Shown here piece by piece: positions 50,901 to 63,918 of a stretch of DNA of 64,000 nucleotides. The stretch spans positions 1,028,773 through 1,092,772 of the forward strand of contig NC_069000.1 of assembly GCF_001194135.2 (NCBI RefSeq), written 5' to 3'. How positions within the stretch are numbered: the stretch's first letter is position 1; every line of letters starts with the position of its first letter. Both the position numbers and the translations under genes were made by a program. Source of the stretch: Octopus bimaculoides (lineage: Eukaryota). The notes below the pieces were generated by a model. It worked only from the letters and a program-made list of their open reading frames with translations. It made no database searches and had not been told where the DNA came from.

Positions 50901-53092
50901 CTCCAGTCTGTGAAGGACTCCATGTTTTGACATGGAGCTTTCTACTTACATCTATTGTTGTGCAATGACCGTTTGATGGCAAAGGTAGAAGTGACTCTCT
51001 TACAGAGCTTTGCCATTTATAACCAGAGGGCGAGGCATGCTGTCCCCATAAATAGCATTCTGACAGCTTCACTCTCTTCCAACTGGACCAATTTTTTGGT
51101 TTGAAGAATTGGTTAGCATTAATCCCAAGAGTCTTAATGTCTTCTTCCTTTTTCTTCCAACCAGTCTCAAAAGCTCACCATTGTTGCCCTCCCTCCAATT
51201 GGCAAGATCAGCAGGAATCTGTGTAGTATGTCTTTTTATCAGAGATCAGTACATTTTCTTTATTTTACTCTAAAATGGAGGTGAACTTAATACCTAAAAT
51301 TCCAGCAAGACTATCGAGGAAGCAGAAAATAATGAACCACACTTAAAGGTTACACACGATGTGTAAGGGGGGGGGGAGTGTGGTGTATCCTTGCAAAGAA
51401 TAAAAATACAAAAAAGAAAAAAAAAAGGTAAGGATTTATTTAGTTACCAGAGCAAAATATCAAGAGTCAGTGAGAACGGGATAAATTTACCTTGACATTC
51501 TGTTCATGTTGGTTGGAGGGGGCAGGGGGTAGGTGAGGAACCATCTTCTATGTTTCATATTACACAAATAGTATTTAGTTCCATGTGAATCGGGGAAATT
51601 ATTCCTCCACACCTTGCATCAGGTTGGTGACGACACACACAAAACACGTGTTGTTGGGTCAAAGGGCAACACCACCACCACCACCACCACAATAATCATC
51701 ATCATCACCTGATAAACAACAGTTGCATATTTACATTTAAACTGACTGACAGCAGTATAAAATTTCAAAAAAATAAAGGAAAATGACAAAAAATATCCTC
51801 ATTAAAGAAAGACCACCTTCTATGGCTTCAAGACATAAAAACTTTGTGCTTTTCTGTTCATCATCTTTGAAACGTCCATCTTCCATGCTGGCATAAGTTG
51901 GAGGTTGGACAGGATCGAACAGGTCGAAAGACTGCACTCTGCTCCAAGGTCTGCTTTGGTGTAGTTTCTATAATTTCATGCCTTCCTTCTTTTACGCCAA
52001 CCATTTTACAGAATGTACGAAATGTTTTGTTGGCACCAGCTGTTTCTGTTCAAGTGAAAATCTTCCATCACCCATAATAGATAAGATCCTTAAAGTTGTT
52101 CCAAACACCAAGTTAATAAAGGGCGAAATTGATTTTACCAAATCCCTCCAAATTCTTATTTTCAGAATTATAATTAAAAAGCAAAATGGAATACCATTAG
52201 AGATATGGTCCTGAAAGGCTTAAATCCACCAAACGCCATCCGCTTCTAACAAAGTACTCCAAGTGAACCCAACAAAGGACACTGACAGCCGTAATAAGGC
52301 CGAAACGGCCATTAAGGGACATGAAGGGATGCCAGCCGACCAAACGGATAATTGACGAGATGCTAAAAATAGCCAGTAAGATAGGTCAAGCACTCATTTC
52401 TTGCATAGACAGTCAGGAAGGGGTCATTCCTAATAACAGGGATAGTAACATTATTTCATCAACTGATAGAAGGTTAAATATACGAAAGCCTTCTAAAAAA
52501 GCAATTCACTCCACCATTTCCTTCCTGCCATGTTTTATTATCTACGGCGAATGTTTTTATTTCTCGCTCAGCTGTGAATGTCCTGACGACCTTCTTTTAA
52601 ACGCTTATCTAAGAGTTTCATTTTATTTTCCTCTCTGATCTCTTATTCTTAATGCCGAACAAGCTCATTTACTAGTAATACTTCGTCCTACCTGTTTCAT
52701 ATTAATTATATATATATATATATATATAATTATGTGTATTTCTTCTATCTTAATGAATAACATGCGTTTTCTCCAATCCTTAAATTCTTATATATNNNNN
52801 NNNNNNNNNNNNNNNNNNNNNNNNNNNNNNNNNNNNNNNNNNNNNNNNNNNNNNNNNNNNNNNNNNNNNNNNNNNNNNNNNNNNNNNNNNNNNNNNNNNN
52901 NNNNNNNNNNNNNNNNNNNNNNNNNNNNNNNNNNNNNNNNNNNNNNNNNNNNNNNNNNNNNNNNNNNNNAAAACTGGCAGGAAATAGAGGAGTGAATTCG
53001 TTTGTAATAAAGATTTCATACATTAGTTGACATAATCAGAAAATTTGTAGACGGAAATTAACGAAGAGAGAGAGAGAGAGAGAGAGGGGGGG

Positions 53093-53154
<62 letters not shown>

Positions 53155-53457
53155 AAAAGAAAGAGAGAGAGAGAGTTTAACAGCAAGTAAAAGATAAATG
53201 CTTGACAAAATTAGCTTTCACTTTTGATTGAGGGACATCGGAAATAAAAAGACCCCTGTCCACAGATACAGAGAGGAAAATATAGAACACAAAATAACAG
53301 CCAGACAGATATATAAACACACACTAACACACACGTGTGTGTATGCAATTATGATTAATATTTCTTTATCTACAAAAAGTTTCTGATGTAATTTTGACAG
53401 ATTTGGAACAGGTCGCCGCACATTGTTAAAAATACTTTTGTCATCGCCTCCCCCCAC

Positions 53458-53507
<50 letters not shown>

Positions 53508-54124
53508 TCCAGCTGAAAACTTGTTTCTCTCCTCAAACTGCTCGCACCCCCCCCCCACTCCTCATACCTCAACACCGACATTCAGAAACCATTGAAAACA
53601 AAACAAACAGCTGAACATGTNNNNNNNNNNNNNNNNNNNNNNNNNNNNNNNNNNNNNNNNNNNNNNNNNNNNNNNNNNNNNNNNNNNNNNNNNNNNNNNN
53701 NNNNNNNNNNNNNNNNNNNNNNNNNNNNNNNNNNNNNNNNNNNNNNNNNNNNNNNNNNNNNNNNNNNNNNNNNNNNNNNNNNNNNNNNNNNNNNNNNNNN
53801 NNNNNNNNNNNNNNNNNNNNNNNNNNNNNNNNNNNNNNNNNNNNNNNNNNNNNNNNNNNNNNNNNNNNNNNNNNNNNNNNNNNNNNNNNNNNNNNNNNNN
53901 NNNNNNNNNNNNNNNNNNNNNNNNNNNNNNTTATCGACCCGATCAAGGAAGAAAGGTAGAGGCGTTAACTCTCGGCGCGATTTCAGCTCATAATCTAATA
54001 CCGCAAAGCATTCTATCCGGAATTAAACCATTCTCTCAGTGCTGACCAACCACTCCCTTCTGAATTTCAGGTATTACACAAACGTTTCAAATTACAACTT
54101 TGGTCTACCAATAATATTCTTTTC

Positions 54125-54790
54125 TACTCTAGGCACAAGCCCCGGAATTTTGGGGGAGGGGGCAGTCGATTAGATCTACCCCAGTACGCAACTGGTACTT
54201 AATTTATCGACCCCAAAAGGATGAAAAGCAAAGTCGATCTCGGCGGAATTTGAACTCAGATTTAGAGAGAAAGGGGGCAAGTCGATTATATCAACCTCAG
54301 TACATGACTGGTATTTCATTGACTCCCAAAACAACGAAAGGCAAAGCTGACCTCGGTGAGATTTCAATTAGTAATGCCAAAAAGAGCCAGAGGAAATTCT
54401 GTAAACAATTTTGCAGACGTTCCAACGATTCCACGAGCTGACCGCCCAGAAATGGTTATTTCTGATTAAAGCACAAGTCCAATTTCGAGGGGAGATGGGC
54501 TCAGCTGGTTATATTGACCAATACATTATTTTATCGACCTCGAAGGGATGAAAGGTAGATCTTGGTAGGGTTTACACCCTGAAAATAAAGAGCCGAGAAA
54601 TATTGGTTTCAAATGTTGGCACAAGGCCAGCAATTTCGAGGGACGGGGTAAATCGATTACATCGACCCCAGTGTTCAACTGGTACTTATTTTATCGACTC
54701 CGAAAGGAGGAAGGGCAAAGTCGACTTCGGCGGCATTTGAACTCAGAACGTGAAGACGGACGAAATGCTGCGAAGCATTTTGCCCTTTTT
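54125..54790 (-). mobile_element. Four head-to-tail family-1 SINE cores with CpGs largely intact
   Basis: Units at about 54130, 54262, 54470 and 54615, each with g(t/g)cgatta...tcgacccc...gaaagg..gaaag.caaag..gac.tcgg. Confidence 0.85.
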
Positions 54791-55251
54791 TTTTTTGTAC
54801 TACGGCCCGGATAATGTTAATAAATGGACGATGGGTTAAGCAGATGTCACAAATAATTGAAATATGGTAATTATCTATTCAATATAACATCGGGTTATAT
54901 TTTATTAAATTACACATGTATAGTAGTATATCATTGTTGCTTAGCGAAAAATGATTTTCTAGTACATAATATATTAAATTGGGTGGTCCTATTTCCTGGG
55001 TCTCGGGAACAAAACGGAACCGCGAGTCAGTGTACTTGGAATAAGAGAGAGAAAAATTCATTCGCGAGCCAGATATGCATTATGTCCCGAAGTTTGCTCA
55101 AGGACCCGACAAAAAGCCCTCAATGAACAATCGGTTTGGCCATCCCTGATTTAGTCATTCAGTGATATTAAACATCGCTGTTTTTAAATCGAAAGACAGT
55201 CGAAATAATAAAGAAAGAAAGAAAAAAAATTAATGCTTTAAATAAACTCAC

Positions 55252-55460
55252 CAACAAATAAATGTCAGAGACAAGCTAGCCGAACTGTCTGTCCACTGTG
55301 AACAAGAAATAATCATTAAAACGTTGGTTGAGAGAAAGTTACCAGATATTGGGAACGATGCAAATAAGTCAGACAATGTTTCGCTGATAAAAATATCGGA
55401 TTTTGTCGAGCTGTCCTGTGGTGAGGATGAGAGAAATAGCGGAGGCGGGGAGGAGAAACT
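55252..55460 (-). promoter_or_regulatory. Candidate non-coding first exon/promoter of paralog D
   Basis: Minus-strand donor TTG|GTGAGT (exon end 55252), GGCGGG at about 55444, CpG-rich context. D coding exon 1 has an upstream acceptor, so a 5'-UTR exon must exist. Confidence 0.35.
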
Positions 55461-56748
55461 GTTATTAAAAGAGAACAATCAGAGGAAACTTGTGATCGCC
55501 AGAGTCGGAAAATAGTAACAGCAGAAAAAAAAAATGTTGAAACAATGGAATAAAGTTTTATGTTGTCATGCACAAAAAGAAGCCTAACGTTTCGAGCGGC
55601 AGAAACATCCATTGAAAGATGAAACTACGAAGAATTATGACAATGAAGTGAAGGATAAGGTATTATGGGGGGGGGGGCAATGGNNNNNNNNNNNNNNNNN
55701 NNNNNNNNNNNNNNNNNNNNNNNNNNNNNNNNNNNNNNNNNNNNNNNNNNNNNNNNNNNNNNNNNNNNNNNNNNNNNNNNNNNNNNNNNNNNNNNNNNNN
55801 NNNNNNNNNNNNNNNNNNNNNNNNNNNNNNNNNNNNNNNNNNNNNNNNNNNNNNNNNNNNNNNNNNNNNNNNNNNNNNNNNNNNNNNNNNNNNNNNNNNN
55901 NNNNNNNNNNNNNNNNNNNNNNNNNNNNNNNNNNNNNNNNNNNNNNNNNNNNNNNNNNNNNNNNNNNNNNNNNNNNNNNNNNNNNNNNNNNNNNNNNNNN
56001 NNNNNNNNNNNNNNNNNNNNNNNNNNNNNNNNNNNNNNNNNNNNNNNNNNNNNNNNNNNNNNNNNNNNNNNNNNNNNNNNNNNNNNNNNNNNNNNNNNNN
56101 NNNNNNNNNNNNNNNNNNNNNNNNNNNNNNNNNNNNNNNNNNNNNNNNNNNNNNNNNNNNNNNNNNNNNNNNNNNNNNNNNNNNNNNNNNNNNNNNNNNN
56201 NNNNNNNNNNNNNNNNNNNNNNNNNNNNNNNNNNNNNNNNNNNNNNNNNNNNNNNNNNNNNNNNNNNNNNNNNNNNNNNNNNNNNNNNNNNNNNNNNNNN
56301 NNNNNNNNNNNNNNNNNNNNNNNNNNNNNNNNNNNNNNNNNNNNNNNNNNNNNNNNNNNNNNNNNNNNNNNNNNNNNNNNNNNNNNNNNNNNNNNNNNNN
56401 NNNNNNNNNNNNNNNNNNNNNNNNNNNNNNNNNNNNNNNNNNNNNNNNNNNNNNNNNNNNNNNNNNNNNNNNNNNNNNNNNNNNNNNNNNNNNNNNNNNN
56501 NNNNNNNNNNNNNNNNNNNNGTGCGTGTGTGTGTGAAACTAGAGATTCGTTTTAGTAACAAGTAAAGAAAAACAAACAAAAAGCTTGATAGGATGTCACT
56601 GAAGATTTGACGCCGCTAAAATATATTTTAAACATAAACTAATTAATTGTCGGCGTTGGTGAAGGGAGTTAGTTACAAGGAACAAATAAATCGTTTCATA
56701 CAAAGAAACTCTAAATAACTAAATGATTGTCAAACAAAATGAAACCGA

Positions 56749-56880
56749 CCGGAAGTGATGGATCTTAGGAACGGCTTTTCTTTTACACTTTCTTTTTTCC
56801 TATGTCGTTAATCAGATTTTCTCATTTAATATACAAAGAAAAGAGAGAGGAAAACAGACACAAACGTGATGGCGGGGAAG
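56749..56880 (+). promoter_or_regulatory. Promoter-like motif cluster (ETS CCGGAAGTG, ATGGCGGGG)
   Basis: CCGGAAGTG 56749-56757 and ATGGCGG 56869-56875 in CpG-rich sequence beside the largest gap. Confidence 0.3.
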
Positions 56881-57364
56881 CAATTAAATTAATAGTTTTG
56901 TTTTGCCTATAGTAACAACCTAAATGGTTGGCTTTATATCTTAATTAAAGTTTACCGTCAAGCTCAAACTGGCTTTCTAAAAAGAGAGCTGGTGGAATGA
57001 CATTGATTGTTCAGTTAAAATAGTTTGATTAACGGGGAACCAAAGAAGATGAAGTGCCACCTGAATGATCAATAGGCCGTCACAAAAGAAAGGAGGAGAA
57101 AAAAAGACGGAATGGTAAACAGTAACAGAAAATGTAAATGGGTTTGTCATTAAAAGGAGTTTGGACAGTTTGCTAAATTATACTGAAGTAACCACAAAGA
57201 GAGACGGTAGAGATGACCGGATAGAACAGTATAATGATTGAATGAGCTGATATCTGACCATTAGGCAGAAATATCTACAGATGGAAAAAGTTAGAGAAAT
57301 ACAAGCAAAATAGAAATAGGTGGTGTGTGGGGGAGGGGGAGGTGATCGATTTAATTTTATTTTT

Positions 57365-57740
57365 CTAATTTATTTCTTCAGGACGCTGAAACAGACAAAA
57401 TGCTTAGCGGCAGTTCATCCAGCTCTTTACGTTTTGAGCTCAAATCCCGGCGAGGTCAACTCTACCCTTCATCTTCCAAGGTTTGATAAAATAAAGTGCC
57501 AATCAAGTACTGGATCGATGTAACCAACAACTGCCCTCTCCTTGTGCAAAAAACTAGAATTATTATACGATTGGTAGAATGGTGTGAGCAACAGATAAGA
57601 AAAATGCTTTGCTTCCGATCTTTACGTTCCGAGTCGACTTTGCCTTTCATTATTGACCCAATAAAACTACTTGACTGTAGCCAGGTACTGGAGTTGATTT
57701 AATCGACTAACATCTCTTCCATCATTTCAGGTCATGTGCT
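57365..57740 (+). mobile_element. Two tandem family-1 SINEs
   Basis: aaatgcttagcggc...aaatcccggcgaggtcaact...gataaaataaagtgcc and gttccgagtcgactttgcctttc. Confidence 0.75.
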
Positions 57741-59404
57741 TATAACGCTACATCTGAAAATAAGATGGGGTTGTCAAGGCCCGAGTGCCATGGATCGTAG
57801 GTCAGCTTGATCGAGGGCAACATCAACAACTTTCTTCGACTTAACGGTCCCCAGTTACCCAGAATCCCAGGTTTTCTACTAGTTAAAACAAAACGCTGCA
57901 ACTTCCCAATTTTTTCTTCTCCCAAACCCTATCACGTCTAAATTATCAATATGCAATAAGGGGGGAGAACATTTCTTTATCTTTTTCAGCCTATTTACAA
58001 ATAAGAGGTTACGTTTGATGCCAAATATTAAATGTCCTTACATCTCATCTTTCACTGGTTTCTGTCATGGCCAGGTTAAAGGACCACCTTCAAAGGGTTA
58101 AAGTCGATCGTATCGAATCCAATATTTAGTTCAGTCTGGTATTATATTTATTGAGCAATTAAGTTACCTTATTGTATCAAAAACAAAAACATGCACACGA
58201 GTCGGGTTTCTGCAAACCAAATCCCACTCACAAAACTATTGATTAAACCCAGAATCGCAGAGTTGAAAAGCGAGCTTCCTAACCGCACAGCCATGCTTTG
58301 CGCCTGTTTGTGAGTGAGTGTGTCTATAAATTATTCAAATTTCAATAATTCTACAACAATTGCCAGTTAGAAAATTGCATGCCTGGAATAATAACGTTGT
58401 TGAAACCGTCGGGTTTGTTAATCTTTCTCATTCCCTTCTAATTAAGTGTTGTTATTTGAAACGTCAACAATTATTAACAAATGCCGTTCTAGGGTTAAAT
58501 CAAATGAACACATCTGCTCACGGGTAAAAACCATTCTATTGATGAATTCTCGTACGGCGGGGGTGGGGAAGTGATGAATAAATGTTTACCATTTTCAATA
58601 ACTAAATATAATGGTTTCTTACATTGTTTGATTCCAAACTTTTTGTAGGACATCAGGGAAAACGAGAGGAGGATAGAGAGGAATGAAAGAATTGTCGATA
58701 AGAAATTCCGTCCGTTCAGACGATCGTTTCTAATGCGTTGGATTCGGTAAATAAAGTACCAGTCAAGTATTGGAGTCAATTTCTTCTTCTCTCTCTCTCT
58801 CTCAACTACTTTACGATGTTTTGAATGCAATTTTCGTGGCACCAGCACCAATGAAGTTGCCTTGTAACTTGCAAGACTGAAGAAACTTTCGGTGATTGAG
58901 AGAGAGAGGATAGAAAATTCGATGAAGGTTTTGAGCAGACGAGAAGGGGGTGGGGGCAAGAGCGGGACACTATTTGTGGAGGAAACTTAGTATTTTACAT
59001 GAGTGAATGGGAGAGACTGGAGAAGGGCTCAAACAGGGGAAGTAAAAACGGTGATGATGAAGTGCCAGTACGTCCCGCTCATAGTTCAAGAGAGGAAAAG
59101 GTGAGAGTGAGATACAGAAGAAAGAAGGAGGAGAGGGGGGAGATTAGAAAGCAAAGGTAAACTATATAGAGGGTTTGTTATAGAAAAAGCCCAATATAAA
59201 TGACAATTATCAGGCTTCAACAGCAGTGAATGGATGGCGAAAGATAAGATCTGGTCCCGTTGCCAAACAGATTCCGCCACTGAACTGACTATTGGTGCCT
59301 AAAGCAAAAAATGCTTCCAACTTACAAACTTATGGAATGGGAGTTTATGTGGATCTTTTTAGACGGTTTAGGCTGACTGCATCAATGTCCAGTAAGAAAT
59401 GTTA

Positions 59405-59545
59405 ACTCGAATTCTTGTTCGGAAGCGGGAATTTGAGGATTTCAATGTGGAAATGGGCGTCAGGTGTGGCAGTGCGGTTGACCATGCGTTGTTTAATATT
59501 TTCATCTGTGCGACGGAAATTCTGTCCGTGTATTTATATTAGTTA
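59405..59545 (+). mobile_element. LINE reverse-transcriptase remnant
   Basis: Reads TRILVRKREFEDFNVEMGVRCGSAVDHALFNIFI, resembling the non-LTR RT motif F.V..GVRQG..LSP.LFNIF. Confidence 0.55.
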
Positions 59546-60627
59546 TTCAGCTTTTAAAGTTAGATAAGTGACTCGAGAATCGACAACTTCGTGTATTGTA
59601 TTTATCAAAATCTGTGTGTGTGTGTGTGTGTGTGTGTGTTGTGCGTTCGTGCGCGAATGTATCAAAGAATTAGTGTCAAAACAGGGGCGGCTTCGCTTTA
59701 TACTTTCCATTCAATCTCTGCTAGAACCAGACATTGACTAGAGTCGACCAAATAATATAGTAACCACCCTCTTCAAATATGTAGCGAAAACGTCCACGAA
59801 AATGTGAAAATAATGAAAAAGAAAGCCGGCCATGCCGGCCTATAATTAAACTGCGATCCAGTAATAACTACCAACAGTTTTGTTACCAGTTAAATTTGGC
59901 GAATGTTTTTGTTTTTAATTCTCTCGACAAAGTTCGATCGATAAAATATGCTTCTTCATCTGTCGTTCTGAATAAACCTACAAACTTGCCGTGGTATGAT
60001 GATTATTATTGGAATGTGTGTGTGTGTGTGTTTCCATAAACAAAAAGCCAGTTTCCTCTCCGTTTACAAAAGAAACCTTTAAAAGCTAAAACATTATAGA
60101 AGTGACTCATCGAAATAGTAACGGTTTTAAATAAAATTCCTGGAATCAGCGGGGAGGGGGTTACTGATTTAAAAGTGGCGGGGGCGGAGAATTTTAAACT
60201 AATACAATGAGAGAGAGAAAGACAGACAGACAGACAGGAAGGGAGAGAGAGACAGACAGACAGGGAAGGAGGGAGGGAGAGAATAAAATTGCAATGATTA
60301 AACTTGGTAACCTTCGGTTTTAAAACACTGAAAGAATATCGTTGTTCCAAGGTGACACCAAATCGTTATTCTAAAAGACCACGCTTCTCTATTGATTGGA
60401 TTCTGAAAAGGTTTTGGAATTTTGGAACATTCCTCGAAAAGTGTAAAGTTCCATGTTCCGTGTCTAGTCATACGTCGTCTCAAATGATTTCATATCCTGG
60501 AGTCTAACGATTCGAAATTCAATACCCAAACTATATACATATACATACATACATACATATAGATATATATCCCGGATTCACCGGTATTGATAAACGTAAA
60601 CCAGCGAGTTGTTTCTTTTTGCTATGT

Positions 60628-60660
<33 letters not shown>

Positions 60661-62109
60661 CAAAATAAAACTTAGAAGTCGCTGGAATCGAATTATGTCT
60701 GTGTCTACGATGCCAAGGATTGTCTTCAGGGAGAAAACAGAATGGTGATGACGTTATCATGTGTGATTCTTGTCGAATCTTCATGCTATGAGGTGCAGCA
60801 AATGGATTTGTTTCGGTGCAAATGTTAATCTGATTTTATCAAGTGAGTAGTAAATCAATTCTTTAAACGTCTAGCATCTTTAAACATGACCGTTGGACCA
60901 TCTTTGAGGTCGATAATACAAGTACCAGTTTTGCACTGGGATCGATGTAATCCCCTTTCCACATGGCAGAAATTATAATTATTTTATTCAAAAACATATC
61001 CAGAGTTAAACTTTAAAAATAATGAAATATTTCAAATAAAGAAAACGTACGAATTCTTGTCTTTGTCATGGCTGATTGTTAACAAATATTTGATAATTTT
61101 CTTCTCTGTACAAAAATCGAAATATTACTGCAAGTGCAACAAGAAAAATGCAAATTTTAACCCGTTTTGTAGGACCCTGCTTCAATTGCACTATTTACAT
61201 TATGTATGGCAAATTCAACACTTGAAGGGCGAGGGGAGACATAATCTATTTCTTTTGTTGCCTTAAGTACATGGGTTTGACGGTAAAACATCTAAAATTC
61301 CAATAATACATCCGAGACGTGGATGGAATTGTAATATAAGACAAGATAACTTCCTTCCAGATAGCGGCGAATAACCGGTGCTCTTTGATCAAAAATCCGC
61401 CGAGTTTAGGCATTCCATGTCAAAAATGTAATGAACCAGCAGTTGACTTATCGAGACCTATAACCAACGACCCTGCTGTTCAGAAATTATAATATAAAAT
61501 GAATAAATTACTTGACTATTTTTCCTGTGTACAATAGAAAGGGAGACATAAACGAATTATTAGAGAGTGGGGAGCGGAGAGGCTGGCTTTAGGATAGAAA
61601 TGAGCAAGTGGAAAGGTCAGCGAATGTGAAAGATGCAGAAAGAAAAGTCGAGATAGAAGCGAAAGAGTATACGGTGACATTATAAACTCGAATTCATGAT
61701 GGATATGACGTCAGACGGAGTTCATCTCATAAAATTTGACCACATACTGCCGAAATAAACGTTCAATACAAACATGGATTAAATGAATATCATTAGCTCG
61801 TTGGAATTCGACGAATATTCATTCTCTGGTTTGGAGTTTCCTTAGTGGTTGCAGCAGTAGCGGATTTCTTACAAATGCATCAGATTTATGGCTACTCTCA
61901 TAACTCATTTGGTCACCAATCCAACGAGGGAGCCTCTACATGGTTTTTTCATAATAACCGCTAGAAATAGCAACCAAATTTCCCTCAAGTTATATCCTAC
62001 CGTTTTCAATAATAAAGGCGTGATATATATGAAAACCAAATGGTCATAGCTGGAGTACATTTGAGCACGGATCAGTCCGATTAGGGCTTGATAATTTTTT
62101 AGCTCATAC

Positions 62110-62340
62110 AAATCGACTCGAAATGGCAGAATTGTTAAAGTGTAGAAACAAAATGGCTGGCAGTATTTGTTTCATTTCTTTTCACTCTGAATTCAAATCC
62201 CACCAGGATCAACTCAGTCTTTCTCTTTTTTTTTTTAATCATCCAGGATCAACAAAATCGGCCCAAGATGGTTGATTGGTGAATTGCTAAAGCGTTGCAC
62301 GAAATGTCTGGCGGTATTTTATTCCATCTCTATGCATTTT
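62110..62340 (+). mobile_element. Degenerate family-1 SINE heads (two)
   Basis: ggcagaattgttaaag...ctgaattcaaatcccaccaggatcaact and cgaaatgtctggcggtatttt. Confidence 0.55.
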
Positions 62341-63008
62341 GAGGTATAACACCACCACCACCACCACCCGGTCCCTGAATGCGAAGCTCAGCCTCCGGTT
62401 CGAGGACATTCTCTCAGCGTCTTATCACTTCCGGAAGCTGCTCTACCCTCCATGACTAATCTCGAAACAGATAATAAATAAATCAGACTGGCGGAGTCAA
62501 GGCTGGCTTCCCGTTTTAAGAGGCAAAATAAAAATGCGTGCGATGTATGTATGTACGTGTTATATATATACATATATATATATACATACTTACATACACT
62601 AGTCTATATGATAACATCGGATACTATCGAGACTACATATAAAGTCAGAAGATGTTATAAATAGTTATATCACCATTGTATATATACAAATAAATGCTAG
62701 TATCAGAGGATAACAGGCAGATGGCATATATCAATAAATGTGATGAATAATAATGTCACGTCCCTAATTGCAGTAGGATCAATCCAGTATTCGTATCCCA
62801 CATATACAGAGATCAAATCCCTCCGAGGTCAACGTAAATCTTCCTCCTTTAGGGAAAGGGTTGGTGTGAGATGATCGATTGAATACTTACCCGTTATACG
62901 CCAGGGATCTATTCAGTCGACAATACTCTCGCCTACTGATTTGTGGTTTTGTGCCAGTGAAAGAAGAAATCGTCATCATGGCCGACGACGATTTCTAAGT
63001 CAGTCACG

Positions 63009-63068
63009 GGCAAACCTGAAGGCATCGTCGAAAATAGAAATGCAAAGATCCTGTGGGATTTTATGTAA
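63009..63068 (+). mobile_element. Short non-LTR retrotransposon (R4/Dong-like) C-terminal fragment
   Basis: Reads GKPEGIVENRNAKILWDFM, resembling the (H)KPE.V.EN...KILWDF motif that precedes the restriction-like endonuclease domain. Confidence 0.55.
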
Positions 63069-63096
63069 ACGATTCTGCCAGCTCACCGCCTTTGGT

Positions 63097-63135
<39 letters not shown>

Positions 63136-63379
63136 TTGATGATAATAAACGGAAGCCTCTTCTATGCGGTCGTCTGACTCTTCGCTCGTGCTCTTGTGAG
63201 CGATTGAAAGAGCCTCCGTGCGTTCAATCGATCTGCTTGAAAATGATATCAGCCAAATCTCCCTCAAATGCCAGCATCTTTAAAAGGGTATATCTTAGGA
63301 GATACTGGATGCTTCTGATCATAGATCTTGTTTTACCGAAGCTGACTTTGGGCTAAGCAACAACTCTTACAGTTGCTTT

Positions 63380-63417
<38 letters not shown>

Positions 63418-63614
63418 ATATGTATGTGTGTGCGTGTGCACACAGACACACACACACATATATATGTGTATATATATATATGTGTGTGTGTGTGTGACAG
63501 TCGTTTAAGAATCTGTAAGTCAGGAAAAAATACGTACTCGTATATTTGTCAACAGAGTAGCTATATTAATATTGAAGCAATCCAGTATTATTGATCTATA
63601 TTTCAACCAATCGT

Positions 63615-63776
63615 ATCAATCGGTTTCGCACTGGGCATTAAATAACCGGATATTAGATAACATTAGGGTTACGTAATACCATGTGCTCTGCAATCTCTAA
63701 AGAGCACGTAGTATTACTTAACCGTGCTGTTTTTTTAATATCCGGTTAATCAATATCCAGTGCGAAACCCATTGAT
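63615..63776. mobile_element. Palindromic (fold-back) MITE-like element
   Basis: atcaatcggtttcgcactgg...taaccggatatta...gtaataccatgtgctct versus its reverse complement at 63700-63776; roughly 80% identical by eye. Confidence 0.75.
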
Positions 63777-63918
63777 GATCGAAAGAAATGGATACAGTAT
63801 CCCAACAAGTGACAATTAAGGGTTGTTTTAGGTTCCTCTGAGCTCAATACTAAGCACCCAGCCATTCCTGGCATCCTACATGTTGTTATGCCCTAGATTC
63901 TATCGAATTTTGTAACTG

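Noticed and set aside
50881-51170. About 96-codon open frame on the minus strand, possibly a transposase remnant
   Set aside because: No ATG, no recognisable catalytic motif and no supporting splice sites.
8850-56579. Long ORFs in the track containing X runs
   Set aside because: They are artefacts of translating through N gaps.
58495-58959. 154-aa minus-strand ORF
   Set aside because: TTG start, contains (AG)n-derived sequence, no recognisable domain.
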